This document shows, one piece after another, positions 39,372 to 47,952 of a stretch of DNA of 64,000 nt (position 1 is its first letter; the number at the start of each line of letters is the position of its first letter). The notes beneath the pieces were generated by a model that saw only the letters and a program-made list of their open reading frames with translations, searched no databases and was not told where the DNA came from. The position numbers and the translations under genes were made by a program. The stretch is from IMG/VR virus record IMGVR_UViG_3300010354_000047, positions 72,374-136,373 of that record. One strand, written 5' to 3'. Source of the stretch: a virus.

Positions 39372-39843
39372 TCTAGATTCGAAGGAACACTGGTTTCTTA
39401 CTCAATGGGATCTTCGGTTTATTCGACTCGCAAAAGAAGTCTCTACGTGGAGTAAAGATCCGAATCGAAAGGTGGGGTGCGTTCTTGTCCGAGATCGTCG
39501 AGATTTTGCTAAAGGCTACAATGGTTTTCCTCCCCGAATATCTGATGATTTTCGACTTATGAACGCACCCTTTAAGGGTAAAGTCATAATTCACGCAGAA
39601 GTGAATGCGATTCTAAACGCAGTTAAGTTCGGCGTTTCAACGATTGGATCTACAGCTTACGTAACTTATCACCCTTGTGCCACTTGCGCAAGTGTTTTGA
39701 TTGGGGCAGGAATTCAAAAAGTAATTTGCCCTCCTCCCCACCATGGCTCACCAAAGTGGGCCGAAGACTTTAAAATGGCAAGCGACCTTATGGTTGAAGC
39801 TGGAGTTCCTGTTCTTTACTACCCCTCGAAAGATGAAGCCTGA
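39355..39843 (+). CDS. dCMP deaminase
   Basis: WSKDP..KVG, GYNGFP, HAEVNAI, PCATC zinc motif. Confidence 0.93.
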   Translation: METIADLDSKEHWFLTQWDLRFIRLAKEVSTWSKDPNRKVGCVLVRDRRDFAKGYNGFPPRISDDFRLMNAPFKGKVIIHAEVNAILNAVKFGVSTIGSTAYVTYHPCATCASVLIGAGIQKVICPPPHHGSPKWAEDFKMASDLMVEAGVPVLYYPSKDEA

Positions 39844-40078
39844 AAACTCTGAAACTTTGGATTGGGCTCAAGGATTTGGTCTCTCTCTGAGTCAAGTCTT
39901 TGAAAAGGAGAGAATGGAAAGAGCAATTGACTCTTGCTCAAATGTGGAAGATTTAAAGTCCTTGTCGAAACAATTGTTATCGGCTTGGATGAATCAGAGT
40001 GCTGCTTGTTCCTGGATTATGCGCCACACAGTGGGAGAAATCCCTTCGAAAGCGCTTTTGGATAAGCAAAAGATTTGA
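39833..40078 (+). CDS. NblA-like phycobilisome degradation protein (divergent)
   Basis: LSLSQVFEKERMERAID...L...KQL...W..Q..A..WIMR two-helix pattern; start at the in-frame ATG 39833. Confidence 0.55.
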   Translation: MKPENSETLDWAQGFGLSLSQVFEKERMERAIDSCSNVEDLKSLSKQLLSAWMNQSAACSWIMRHTVGEIPSKALLDKQKI

Positions 40079-40126
40079 AAAGCGGGGATGGGCGGATGTC
40101 CGCCCTAAAAGTTCGGTAAACCGGGC

Positions 40127-40155
40127 TTGCCTTCCCACCCCGGAGGCGCTATAAT
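40127..40155 (+). promoter_or_regulatory. Host sigma70-type promoter TTGCCT-N17-TATAAT
   Basis: Perfect -10 and 17-nt spacer, 21 nt before the sigma factor ATG. Confidence 0.8.
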
Positions 40156-40176
40156 AGAGTTGAGTCAGGAAACCTC

Positions 40177-40782
40177 ATGACCTACACAGACGAGACGTTT
40201 TTTCAAGCGGTAAAAGGAGATCAGCGAGCGATCGAGAAGACGATCGTTCAATTTACGCCTTTGATCCATAAGTTTGCGCGAAAGTACAGATTTATGGAAA
40301 AGGACCACATGTATGATGACCTCGTGCAAGAGGGGAGGATCGGAATTCTAAAAGCGATTCGAAGTTTCAACACCGAATACCGAGTGAACGGGAGGCCAAT
40401 TCGTCCGATGACTTGGATCTGGCATAATGTTCGAGGTGCCGTTCAAGGCGCTGCCCGGAAAGGAAATAAGCACCCAAAGTACGCGCTTTCTCTTGAGCAA
40501 TCGGACTGGGGCCACAATCTTGAAGATTCAAACTTCTATGAAGTTAAGGAAGGATTGGGGTCCGTTAGCATCGCCGACCTTGTGAAAATCGGATGCGGGT
40601 CGCTGGATTCACAAAGAGCTCGCATCGTCTGTGACCGGTTTGGCCTTCTCGGGCGAGAACCGATGAGACAAGGTGATGTGGCAAGAAAGTACGGCCTTTC
40701 CAAGCAAGCCACAAACGGGCACATCTCCCGGTTTTCAAAGAAGGTTCGGGAAAGTAAGCCCGAGCTAAGGGACCTTATCTAA
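40177..40782 (+). CDS. Phage sigma-70 family RNA polymerase sigma factor
   Basis: Region 2 YDDLVQEGRIGILKAIRSF; region 4 IV.DRFGL...PM.Q.DVARKYGLSKQ. Confidence 0.9.
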   Translation: MTYTDETFFQAVKGDQRAIEKTIVQFTPLIHKFARKYRFMEKDHMYDDLVQEGRIGILKAIRSFNTEYRVNGRPIRPMTWIWHNVRGAVQGAARKGNKHPKYALSLEQSDWGHNLEDSNFYEVKEGLGSVSIADLVKIGCGSLDSQRARIVCDRFGLLGREPMRQGDVARKYGLSKQATNGHISRFSKKVRESKPELRDLI

Positions 40783-40790
40783 GATCGAGA

Positions 40791-41132
40791 ATGAGCGAAG
40801 TCATTGCAACCAAAGTCTATGACCTTGAGTGTCCTGTTTGCGACACCATGTCTAGATTTGACTCTTCAGTTTTTGAGGGGTTCCCTGAAGTGTCCTACCA
40901 GGCTATCACTTTCGATACTCTGAGAGACAAAATAGAGACGAACAAAACGTCTCAGCGTATCTATCAGCTACTTGAAAGGTATGCCGTTTCTCCCTCTTAC
41001 GAGATCGACTTCCCGACTTATGTGTTTATGTCCAAGACTGGAAAGTACATTGGACACCTACAGGGCGCTCTCGACCTTCGGGAATTCCGTGAGGGGGTAA
41101 AATCCATTCTTGATCAAAAACATTCTGAATAA
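40791..41132 (+). CDS. Thioredoxin-like protein
   Basis: CPVC motif and FPTYVF cis-Pro segment. Confidence 0.75.
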   Translation: MSEVIATKVYDLECPVCDTMSRFDSSVFEGFPEVSYQAITFDTLRDKIETNKTSQRIYQLLERYAVSPSYEIDFPTYVFMSKTGKYIGHLQGALDLREFREGVKSILDQKHSE

Positions 41133-41508
41133 TTGGGGTCTTTATGCATTGGGAAACCATGTCTTGGTTAGTCTGTATGGAGTAGCTTTCTCAGTCCTCG
41201 ATGATATCGAGGAAATGCGAAAAGCCTTCGATAAAGCTTGTGAGGCTATGAATGCTACGGTTCTTCATCGTTTTTCTCACAAGTTTCACCCACAAGGAGT
41301 GACCGTTGTCTACGCTCTTGCGGAATCCCACATAACAGCACACACGTTTCCTGAATTTGGAAGTGTTTCCCTAGACTGCTATACCTGTGGACACATGGAC
41401 TCAATTATTGGGATGAATATTCTGATTGAGCACTTTCAACCAAAGAGTATCCACATAGAGAGGGTTAGCCGTGACAAAGAAGAAGAAGCTCGTCAAGTCC
41501 GCCCTTAA
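41110..41508 (+). CDS. speD: S-adenosylmethionine decarboxylase proenzyme
   Basis: HKFHPQGVT..LAESH...HTFPE...LDCYTCG; the true start may be TTG 41149. Confidence 0.93.
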   Translation: MIKNILNNWGLYALGNHVLVSLYGVAFSVLDDIEEMRKAFDKACEAMNATVLHRFSHKFHPQGVTVVYALAESHITAHTFPEFGSVSLDCYTCGHMDSIIGMNILIEHFQPKSIHIERVSRDKEEEARQVRP

Positions 41509-41650
41509 GCACCCCGAACTTTTCTCTCAAGGCGAGCTGGCTTATATGCTGATGTGGCTTGAGGAAAGAAAAAGGGTTAAGTGTTCCAAGAAGACAGCCC
41601 AAGGCTTTAAGAAGCCAAATCAAAAAGAAGATCGATCTGGCCCAAAATAG
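41471..41650 (+). CDS. 59-aa basic cyanophage-type protein (not in ORF track)
   Basis: GTG start, MTKKKKLVKSALKHPELFSQGELAYMLMWLEERKR...; fills the gap before the next promoter. Confidence 0.6.
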   Translation: MTKKKKLVKSALKHPELFSQGELAYMLMWLEERKRVKCSKKTAQGFKKPNQKEDRSGPK

Positions 41651-41653
41651 GAA

Positions 41654-41682
41654 GTTTACCACAGCTTCCCACAGACTAAACT
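41654..41682 (+). promoter_or_regulatory. Putative middle promoter GTTTAC-N17-TAAACT
   Basis: Intergenic, upstream of hli. Confidence 0.6.
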
Positions 41683-41702
41683 AACCCGTTACACTGAAAC
41701 AA

Positions 41703-41906
41703 ATGACAGTAACAACCGACGAAAAGAATCGTCAAAACGTTTTCGCTATTGAACCAAAGATGACTCCTGTTGATGAAAATTACCGACCGATGATCTCTTG
41801 GGACTCCCGTGGGGAAGTTCTAAACGGTCGACTCGCGATGCTCGGAATCCTGGCAGCTCTCGGAGCATATGCTCTGACAGGCCAAGTCATTCCGGGAGTT
41901 TGGTGA
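41703..41906 (+). CDS. hli: High-light inducible protein
   Basis: EVLNGRLAMLG chlorophyll-binding motif and TGQVIPGVW tail. Confidence 0.95.
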   Translation: MTVTTDEKNRQNVFAIEPKMTPVDENYRPMISWDSRGEVLNGRLAMLGILAALGAYALTGQVIPGVW

Positions 41907-42214
41907 GCCAAACAGTAACTCAATTGAATCCCCCTCTACCCCTTGAGACACCAAGGGGTAAGGGGTGGGCTCATTTCCTTATCGACTACTCTCAGGAGCA
42001 CGACCTCCTTTGGGTGGTCTTTCTTGACGAAAACGGCGAATGCTGGTCTTTTCGAAATCCAGACGTTCGCATTACCCCGAATTTCTCTCTTGGTCGCCAT
42101 GACCCTTTTCTTGACCGCGACTCTAGCCTCAGCTCTGGGAACTTTCCTAGGAAACCTTATTCTTGCATGGTTCATTGGAGCAGTAATTCAGAGACACGAG
42201 GAAAAGAAGGCTAA
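41903..42214 (+). CDS. Small conserved phage protein
   Basis: GTGA overlap with hli; QLNPPLPLETPRGKGWAHFLIDYSQEHDLLWVVF..GECW. Confidence 0.65.
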   Translation: MSQTVTQLNPPLPLETPRGKGWAHFLIDYSQEHDLLWVVFLDENGECWSFRNPDVRITPNFSLGRHDPFLDRDSSLSSGNFPRKPYSCMVHWSSNSETRGKEG

Positions 42215-42302
42215 ATTAATGGCCCAAGCAAATAAAGAGTATATGGACGCTGTTCAGAAAGAAGTTGAGCGTATGCAAAAATACGCAAAACTTGAGGGCT
42301 GA
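42099..42302 (+). CDS. Small single-TM membrane protein
   Basis: MTLFLTATLASALGTFLGNLILAWFIG followed by a charged helix. Confidence 0.6.
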   Translation: MTLFLTATLASALGTFLGNLILAWFIGAVIQRHEEKKAKLMAQANKEYMDAVQKEVERMQKYAKLEG

Positions 42303-42352
42303 GAAACTAAAACCAACTCCACAACAGCTTCACAAACAACGAAACAAAACAG

Positions 42353-42958
42353 ATGAACATTTTCGCTGTAAACGAGAACCCAATTCTTGCGGCACGAGAC
42401 TTACCCGACAAACTGGTAGTCAAAATGCCAACCGAAAGCTTGCAAATGCTCACTCCTTGGGCTTTCAATACTCACAAAGAGTACATTCGAAAACCTGACG
42501 GAACCAATTACGGAATCAAGGGTTTTGCAAACCATCCTTGTTCAAAATGGCTCTATGAGAGTCCGGCGAACGTCCATTGGTTGCTTGAACATGCTTTTGG
42601 AATGGCCGACGAGTATTGGCAGCGTTACAACAAATACCACGGAACCCTTCACGGCTTGAATCAAATTCGAACTCTGGTCTATCGGAACCACAATTCTGAT
42701 CAATCCAGAGACCATACCGAGTTCGTTCAAGCAATGCCGGATGAGTTCAAAGTTCCAGGGGATGCGGTCACAGCATACCGCAACTACATAAACGCTCACA
42801 AAGGCTATGCAGAGTGGCGATACAGCAAAAAACCTGACTGGTGGGACGAAGCCAAACATGAGCCCGTCCGCAAACAATATCTCGCTCAGCGAGAAGAAAA
42901 CCTTATGAAACGCAGAAATGCCCAGCATTCTAGAGTATCGAGAAGCCTACAAAGTTAA
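42353..42958 (+). CDS. Pyrimidine-dimer DNA glycosylase-like (DenV-related) protein
   Basis: MNIF......A....DK.VVKM..E..QML, NHPC..W, F.QAMP..K...V.AYR.Y. Confidence 0.75.
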   Translation: MNIFAVNENPILAARDLPDKLVVKMPTESLQMLTPWAFNTHKEYIRKPDGTNYGIKGFANHPCSKWLYESPANVHWLLEHAFGMADEYWQRYNKYHGTLHGLNQIRTLVYRNHNSDQSRDHTEFVQAMPDEFKVPGDAVTAYRNYINAHKGYAEWRYSKKPDWWDEAKHEPVRKQYLAQREENLMKRRNAQHSRVSRSLQS

Positions 42959-43904
42959 CGGGTCGTTTGAATACCCTAAATTTTTCGACAAGTTCAAGAA
43001 AGCTCGTAAGTCGGTTTGGTCCCCAGAGGAGGTAATTTTTGAGAAAGACCTCCGAGACTGGCAGGATAGCTCAGACGATGAGAGAGAAATTATAGGGGGA
43101 ATTCTACGCGGTTTCACACAGCTAGAGTGCCACGTTGGAAACTACTGGTCAAGCATCTCAAAATGGTTTCCAAAACACGAAGTGGCGGCTGTTTCCGACG
43201 AGTATGCCGCTTCAGAACGAGTTCATGCATGGGCTTACAACCACCTTTCTGACACCCTTGGGCTAGACGAATTTGAAGCCTTTCTGGGTGACCCAACAGC
43301 AAGAAACAAGATTGGGTTCTTCCTAAAGGACCGTCCAGTTAAAGAGTCGTTAGCAGTTTTCAGCGGAGCAGCTGAAGGGGTCAGCCTCTTTAGTTCCTTC
43401 GCTGTTTTGCTGTCTTTCAACCTGCTCGGAAAGTTCAAGGGGCTTTGCCAGATTATCTCTTGGTCCGCTCTTGATGAAACGGAGCACTCAAATACCGGGA
43501 TCTCCCTCTTTAACCTTTTAGTGGATGAGGATCCGCTCACTCCCCAAGAGATTGAGAACATTGTTCACGGCTTCAAACTTGTAATTCAAAACGAGTTTTC
43601 CTTTATTGATCGAATCTTTGACGGTCGCGAGTTTGCTAATCCCCGCCTAAACAAGGAAGACTTAAAGCAGTACATTTTGTATCGGGCAAACAACCGTTTG
43701 GCTGCAATGCGTATACCAGGCTTCCGATTCCCCTATAGTTTCGAATCGGCCAACAACATTCGTGTCTGGTTCCACCCTTTGATTCGTGGAACCACCAGCA
43801 CGGACTTTTTCTCGCAGGCAAAAGATGGCTCTTCCTACATTGCCAAGCCTACGCAGGACTTTATGTCGGTAAACTTGAAAACCCTTGACTACAACCTAGA
43901 ATGA
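42918..43904 (+). CDS. nrdB: Ribonucleotide reductase class I beta subunit
   Basis: W.PEEV...D, E..H..AY, EG..LFSSF, DETEH di-metal ligands, TDFF tail. Confidence 0.95.
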   Translation: MPSILEYREAYKVNGSFEYPKFFDKFKKARKSVWSPEEVIFEKDLRDWQDSSDDEREIIGGILRGFTQLECHVGNYWSSISKWFPKHEVAAVSDEYAASERVHAWAYNHLSDTLGLDEFEAFLGDPTARNKIGFFLKDRPVKESLAVFSGAAEGVSLFSSFAVLLSFNLLGKFKGLCQIISWSALDETEHSNTGISLFNLLVDEDPLTPQEIENIVHGFKLVIQNEFSFIDRIFDGREFANPRLNKEDLKQYILYRANNRLAAMRIPGFRFPYSFESANNIRVWFHPLIRGTTSTDFFSQAKDGSSYIAKPTQDFMSVNLKTLDYNLE

Positions 43905-45865
43905 CAGACCACACACTTGTTGCACCTGAATGGCTTTCCCAAGAAGGGCTTCAAACACTGTCATCTGGTTACCTTCTTCCAGGTGAAACCCCTCGGAACA
44001 TGTTCGAGCGTGTGTCCGGGCGTGCAGCTCACTTGAACGAGGATCCCACTCTGGAAGAAGACCTTTTTGAGTGCCTCTGGAAAGGTTGGATCGGGCTGGC
44101 AAGCCCGGTCGCAGCCAACTTTGGGACGAATCGAGCGCTTCCTATCTCCTGCTACTCCATCCACATTAGCGACGATACCGGAAGTATCTACTCACACAAA
44201 AAGGAAGCAGCAATGCTTTCAAAGAACGGAGGGGGAGTGGGAATCTGGTTTGGAGACATTCGCCCTTCTGGAGCTCCGATTCGCGGTGGCGGAAAGTCCT
44301 CAGGACTCGCAGGCTGGATGCAAGGGTACGACCATGACGCTCGAATTGTTAGTCAAGGTGGTGTTCGCAGGGGCTCTTTTGCGCTCTACACTTCAATCGA
44401 TCACCCAGACTACCCTGAGATCTTAGAAGCGAAAGACCACACAAAGGGAGACCCGAGGCAGTGGATTGATAGCAACGTTGCCGTCACCATCACAGATGAA
44501 TTCATGGAAGACATGATTCAAAATGGTGGAAAAAAGCAAGAGTTGTTCGGAAAAACGATTGCAGCGCGACTCATGTCGGGAAGCCCTTACATGGTCTTTA
44601 TCGACAACGTCAACAATCAGAATCCGGATTGTTACAAAGAGAGAAACCTTAAGGTTTCCCTTAGCAATTTGTGCAGCGAGATCACACTTTACACAGATGA
44701 GAATCACTCTTTTGTATGTGTGCTTTCATCTATGAATCTAGCTCGCTGGTTTGAGTGGAAGGACTGGAGGTCTCCTCGTTCTGGTCGTTCTGCACCAGAG
44801 ATCGCGATTCACCTTCTGGAGGCAGTTGTCTCTGAGTTCATTCGGAAAGCCGAGCATATGACTGCTATGGGACGCTCGGTTCGCTTTGCGAAGAAGAGTC
44901 GAGCTCTGGGCCTCGGAACGATGGGCTTACATGCTCTTTACCAAAGCCAAATGCTCCCCTTCAAGTGTGAGCAATCTCGTCAGCTGAACGTCGAAGTCCA
45001 CAAGTTCATTCGTGAACAAGCGGATAAAGCCTCAAGGGAACTGGCAGAAAGGTTCGGTGAGCCGGAGTGGTGTGTCGGAAGCGGTTTCCGTCATACGCAT
45101 CGAACGGCTATTGCCCCCACAAAGACCAACTCTGTGATCAGTGGTGCGTTCTCAGAGGGGATTGCCCCGATCGAGATGAACTACTACGTGGCCAAACAAG
45201 ACAAGGGAACTTTCGTTCGAAAGAACCCCTATCTTGAAAAGCTACTCTGCCAAAAAGGTGTCGGACCACAGATTTGGGACCAAATCGAAAGAGACCGAGG
45301 TAGTGTTCAGAACCTTGATTGCCTGACCGGTAAAGAGAAGGAGGTGTTTCTAACCGCAAGGGAAATTGATCAGTTTGAGCTGATTAAGCAAGCCGGGGAT
45401 CGACAGCCCCACGTTTGCCAGTCCCAGTCCTTAAACCTCTACCTCGCGGACCCAAATGTGAGTGCTGAGTACCTTTTTCGTTTGCATATCGCTGCGCATC
45501 GGGCGAAGGTCAAGTCTCTTTACTATCTGAAGTCTCGATCTGCTCTGATCGTAGATTCAAACGAGGAGGAATTCCTTGAGCCCGCCATTGTGATCACCAA
45601 GAGTGATTGCCCCTGGTGCGTGAAGCTAAAAGAAGAGCTGGAAACGGATGGAATAGATTTTCTTGAGCTCCCTCTGAACGAAGCAAAAGACAAAGGAATG
45701 TGGTCAGAGTCATGGAAGACAGTTCCACAACTCTACCTGAATAATCAATGGGTCGGAGGATATACCGACTACGTTCAATTCAAAGAAACTAACCCTACCA
45801 AAGAAACAAATGCCTATGAAGACAGCAACAGTGAGAACAATGAGTGTACAGCCTGCCACGCCTGA
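43901..45865 (+). CDS. nrdA: Ribonucleotide reductase class I alpha subunit with fused glutaredoxin
   Basis: PISC, GGGVG, SNLCSEI, AIAPT, SLYY; then CPWC..TVPQ..VGGY Grx and terminal CTAC. Confidence 0.95.
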   Translation: MTDHTLVAPEWLSQEGLQTLSSGYLLPGETPRNMFERVSGRAAHLNEDPTLEEDLFECLWKGWIGLASPVAANFGTNRALPISCYSIHISDDTGSIYSHKKEAAMLSKNGGGVGIWFGDIRPSGAPIRGGGKSSGLAGWMQGYDHDARIVSQGGVRRGSFALYTSIDHPDYPEILEAKDHTKGDPRQWIDSNVAVTITDEFMEDMIQNGGKKQELFGKTIAARLMSGSPYMVFIDNVNNQNPDCYKERNLKVSLSNLCSEITLYTDENHSFVCVLSSMNLARWFEWKDWRSPRSGRSAPEIAIHLLEAVVSEFIRKAEHMTAMGRSVRFAKKSRALGLGTMGLHALYQSQMLPFKCEQSRQLNVEVHKFIREQADKASRELAERFGEPEWCVGSGFRHTHRTAIAPTKTNSVISGAFSEGIAPIEMNYYVAKQDKGTFVRKNPYLEKLLCQKGVGPQIWDQIERDRGSVQNLDCLTGKEKEVFLTAREIDQFELIKQAGDRQPHVCQSQSLNLYLADPNVSAEYLFRLHIAAHRAKVKSLYYLKSRSALIVDSNEEEFLEPAIVITKSDCPWCVKLKEELETDGIDFLELPLNEAKDKGMWSESWKTVPQLYLNNQWVGGYTDYVQFKETNPTKETNAYEDSNSENNECTACHA

Positions 45866-46544
45866 GCCGGGAAAGAGGAGGCACAAAAGGTATCCGAAAC
45901 TGACTCGAGACCAACAAAAACTGGTTGAGAGTCACAGGTGGATAGCTGGACGCCTCGCTTTTGGAGCAAAGTGTCTCACTGGGGGTCATACGGGTTCTCT
46001 CACACGAGAGGACCTCGAGTCTATAGCAAACTTTGCCCTGTGTGTTGCAGCAACTCGATACGATCCAGATAAACAAGTGCAGTTTAGCACGTATGCCTGG
46101 AGAACAGCTCGGGGATACATTCAACACGCTCTTCGAGACTACTCTCGAATGGTGAAGACGCCTCGTTGGGTCGCGAAGTATAAGGAAAAGGTGGACCAGT
46201 TATTGAAACAAAACTTCTCCTATCCTGAGATAGCGGAACACCTAGGAATTCCTGAGAGTAAAGTCCTTATCGTGGACATGAGCACTTACAACTACCACGT
46301 GTCATATGATTCAAGTCCTGAAGACTGGACTACTCGAGAGTTTATCTTTAACGATGACGATGTGAGACCCTACGTGGTTTCTCCTGAGCTAATAAAAACT
46401 CTGAAAAGTCTCTCCGAAGCGGAGTTAGGGATTTTGGTCAAATACACTGAGGGTAAGGACATGTCGGAGGAAGAACGGGAGTGGGCCTCTGAGAACTTTT
46501 TTCATCTTCAGGCCATTGCCCACGGCAAACTTTCCGTCGAATGA
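45810..46544 (+). CDS. Phage sigma factor, SigF/SigB-like
   Basis: REDLES.A...L..AA.RYDP....FSTYA....RG.IQH.LRD....VK.PRW and EIAEHLGI; the start may be ATG 45840. Confidence 0.88.
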   Translation: MPMKTATVRTMSVQPATPEPGKRRHKRYPKLTRDQQKLVESHRWIAGRLAFGAKCLTGGHTGSLTREDLESIANFALCVAATRYDPDKQVQFSTYAWRTARGYIQHALRDYSRMVKTPRWVAKYKEKVDQLLKQNFSYPEIAEHLGIPESKVLIVDMSTYNYHVSYDSSPEDWTTREFIFNDDDVRPYVVSPELIKTLKSLSEAELGILVKYTEGKDMSEEEREWASENFFHLQAIAHGKLSVE

Positions 46545-46756
46545 AAGAGAAAGTTCTACGACTACGAAAATTTCCTCTCGAGGCAGAGGCCCAAGTTCGA
46601 TTTGGTCAATTCCAGATAGAGCAAATGTCTCGAGAGGAACTTGTATCGTACGCAAAACAATCTTTTATGCTAATGACCCAGCTAACTCATTATGCACATC
46701 AACTACTTCAAGGGTTAGAGGATGTCGGTGTGACTGTTTCGCCGGAAGATAGTTAA
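46541..46756 (+). CDS. NblA-like protein
   Basis: PLEAEAQVRFGQFQIEQMSREE aligns by eye with the NblA pattern LSLEQQF..R.F..QV..MSREQ. Confidence 0.55.
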   Translation: MKEKVLRLRKFPLEAEAQVRFGQFQIEQMSREELVSYAKQSFMLMTQLTHYAHQLLQGLEDVGVTVSPEDS

Positions 46757-46764
46757 GGGTATAA
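46757..46764 (+). promoter_or_regulatory. Putative late promoter GGGTATAA
   Basis: 34 nt before ATG 46791. Confidence 0.7.
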
Positions 46765-46790
46765 CCTAAAGATACTCCCCCCTCTCTTGT

Positions 46791-47456
46791 ATGGCGAAGT
46801 TACCCGAAGATCACTCAATAAAAGCTCACAAAGACATCGTCGGGCAAACCATGCACAGATGGAAACACCACGACCCGAAACCTTTGCATAGCGGTCGAGG
46901 AAAGGGTGGAAAGGAAGGGAAAGTTGTTAAGTCAAAAGAGCAAGCCATCGCTATAGCTCTTAGCATGGCTGGGAGATCAAAAGATCACTCTGAAAGATTG
47001 AACTCCTTAGGCTTTTCGGAAGAGTCTGTGCGATCTGTGAACGAGATACTAAGCGGAAACTTTGACTTCACACTTTGCCAAAGGCCAAACGGAAGCTTAT
47101 ATGGTACATCTGGAAAGTGTAGAAAGGGGTCGGAAGTGAATCCCAAAGAGTCTCGGCCAGGAACCTCTTCTGGTGGGGGGTCAAAAAAGACTCTTTCGGA
47201 GATGGACGCTCACATCAAAAGTTTGTACAAGAAAGAGACGGAAGCAAGAAATAACGGAGACGATTCTAAAGCCAGAGAATATATGAGGGAATCCGTGAAA
47301 GTCCTCAAAGCCTTGAATGAACGCCGAGACCTCTTGAATCAGAGACTTCGGGAACTTCAGGATAAAATGGATGACGCTGTGACAATCAGGGATCAACAAA
47401 GATTGTCGACAGCAGTAAGTAGCATTCTAAGCGAGTTGAGTGGGTTAAAGGGGTAA
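46791..47456 (+). CDS. Basic protein with DUF6496-like N-domain and FDFxxCxRPNG Cys module
   Basis: LHSG...GKVVKSKEQAIAIALS; NFDFTLCQRPNGSLYGTSGKCRKGSE. Confidence 0.75.
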   Translation: MAKLPEDHSIKAHKDIVGQTMHRWKHHDPKPLHSGRGKGGKEGKVVKSKEQAIAIALSMAGRSKDHSERLNSLGFSEESVRSVNEILSGNFDFTLCQRPNGSLYGTSGKCRKGSEVNPKESRPGTSSGGGSKKTLSEMDAHIKSLYKKETEARNNGDDSKAREYMRESVKVLKALNERRDLLNQRLRELQDKMDDAVTIRDQQRLSTAVSSILSELSGLKG

Positions 47457-47463
47457 AGAACGT

Positions 47464-47952
47464 ATGACGACTCCCAGCTTCTCAAAAGAATCTCTCGAAA
47501 GGGTTAGGTCTCTCCTTCAAAGGGATGTAGACTGGGAAGGTCAGTTCTTGACCGGAACTTCTAAAGGAGCTTTCCCTTTGGTTGATCAAGTTCTCAAGCC
47601 GAGAGGTTTGCAAGGAATGGACATTGACAACAGGCCTGGTTTACAGCGCGGGAGTCAAGGAAAAAGACGGGGAAGTTCCCTCTCAATCGCACAAGTTGCT
47701 CTTCCCAACGGAAACCCTCAATCGGGTCCTCGGTCACTCTCTACGAATCGCGGACTTGCAATGTTTGAAGAAGCTTGCAAAAAACGTCCGCAACCGAGAA
47801 GCCCCGAGCAAAACCAAGCGACGCAAGAGGCACAACAGGCGGCTCAACGACAGAACCAAACTTTTGACAAGATACCTGAGAAAAAAGTTGAAGAAATGGC
47901 TAAGAAGGGGGGAGAGGCAGAACGAAAGCCCCCACTACCTTACTGCAGCTAA
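47464..47952 (+). CDS. Hypothetical basic protein
   Basis: PSFSKESL leader; GGGTAAAG 13 nt upstream; TAATG coupling to the next gene. Confidence 0.65.
   Translation: MTTPSFSKESLERVRSLLQRDVDWEGQFLTGTSKGAFPLVDQVLKPRGLQGMDIDNRPGLQRGSQGKRRGSSLSIAQVALPNGNPQSGPRSLSTNRGLAMFEEACKKRPQPRSPEQNQATQEAQQAAQRQNQTFDKIPEKKVEEMAKKGGEAERKPPLPYCS

Noticed and set aside
40090-40105. GGGCGGA-TG-TCCGCCC hairpin upstream of the sigma promoter
   Set aside because: No U-tract follows on either strand, so I cannot call it a terminator; function unsupported
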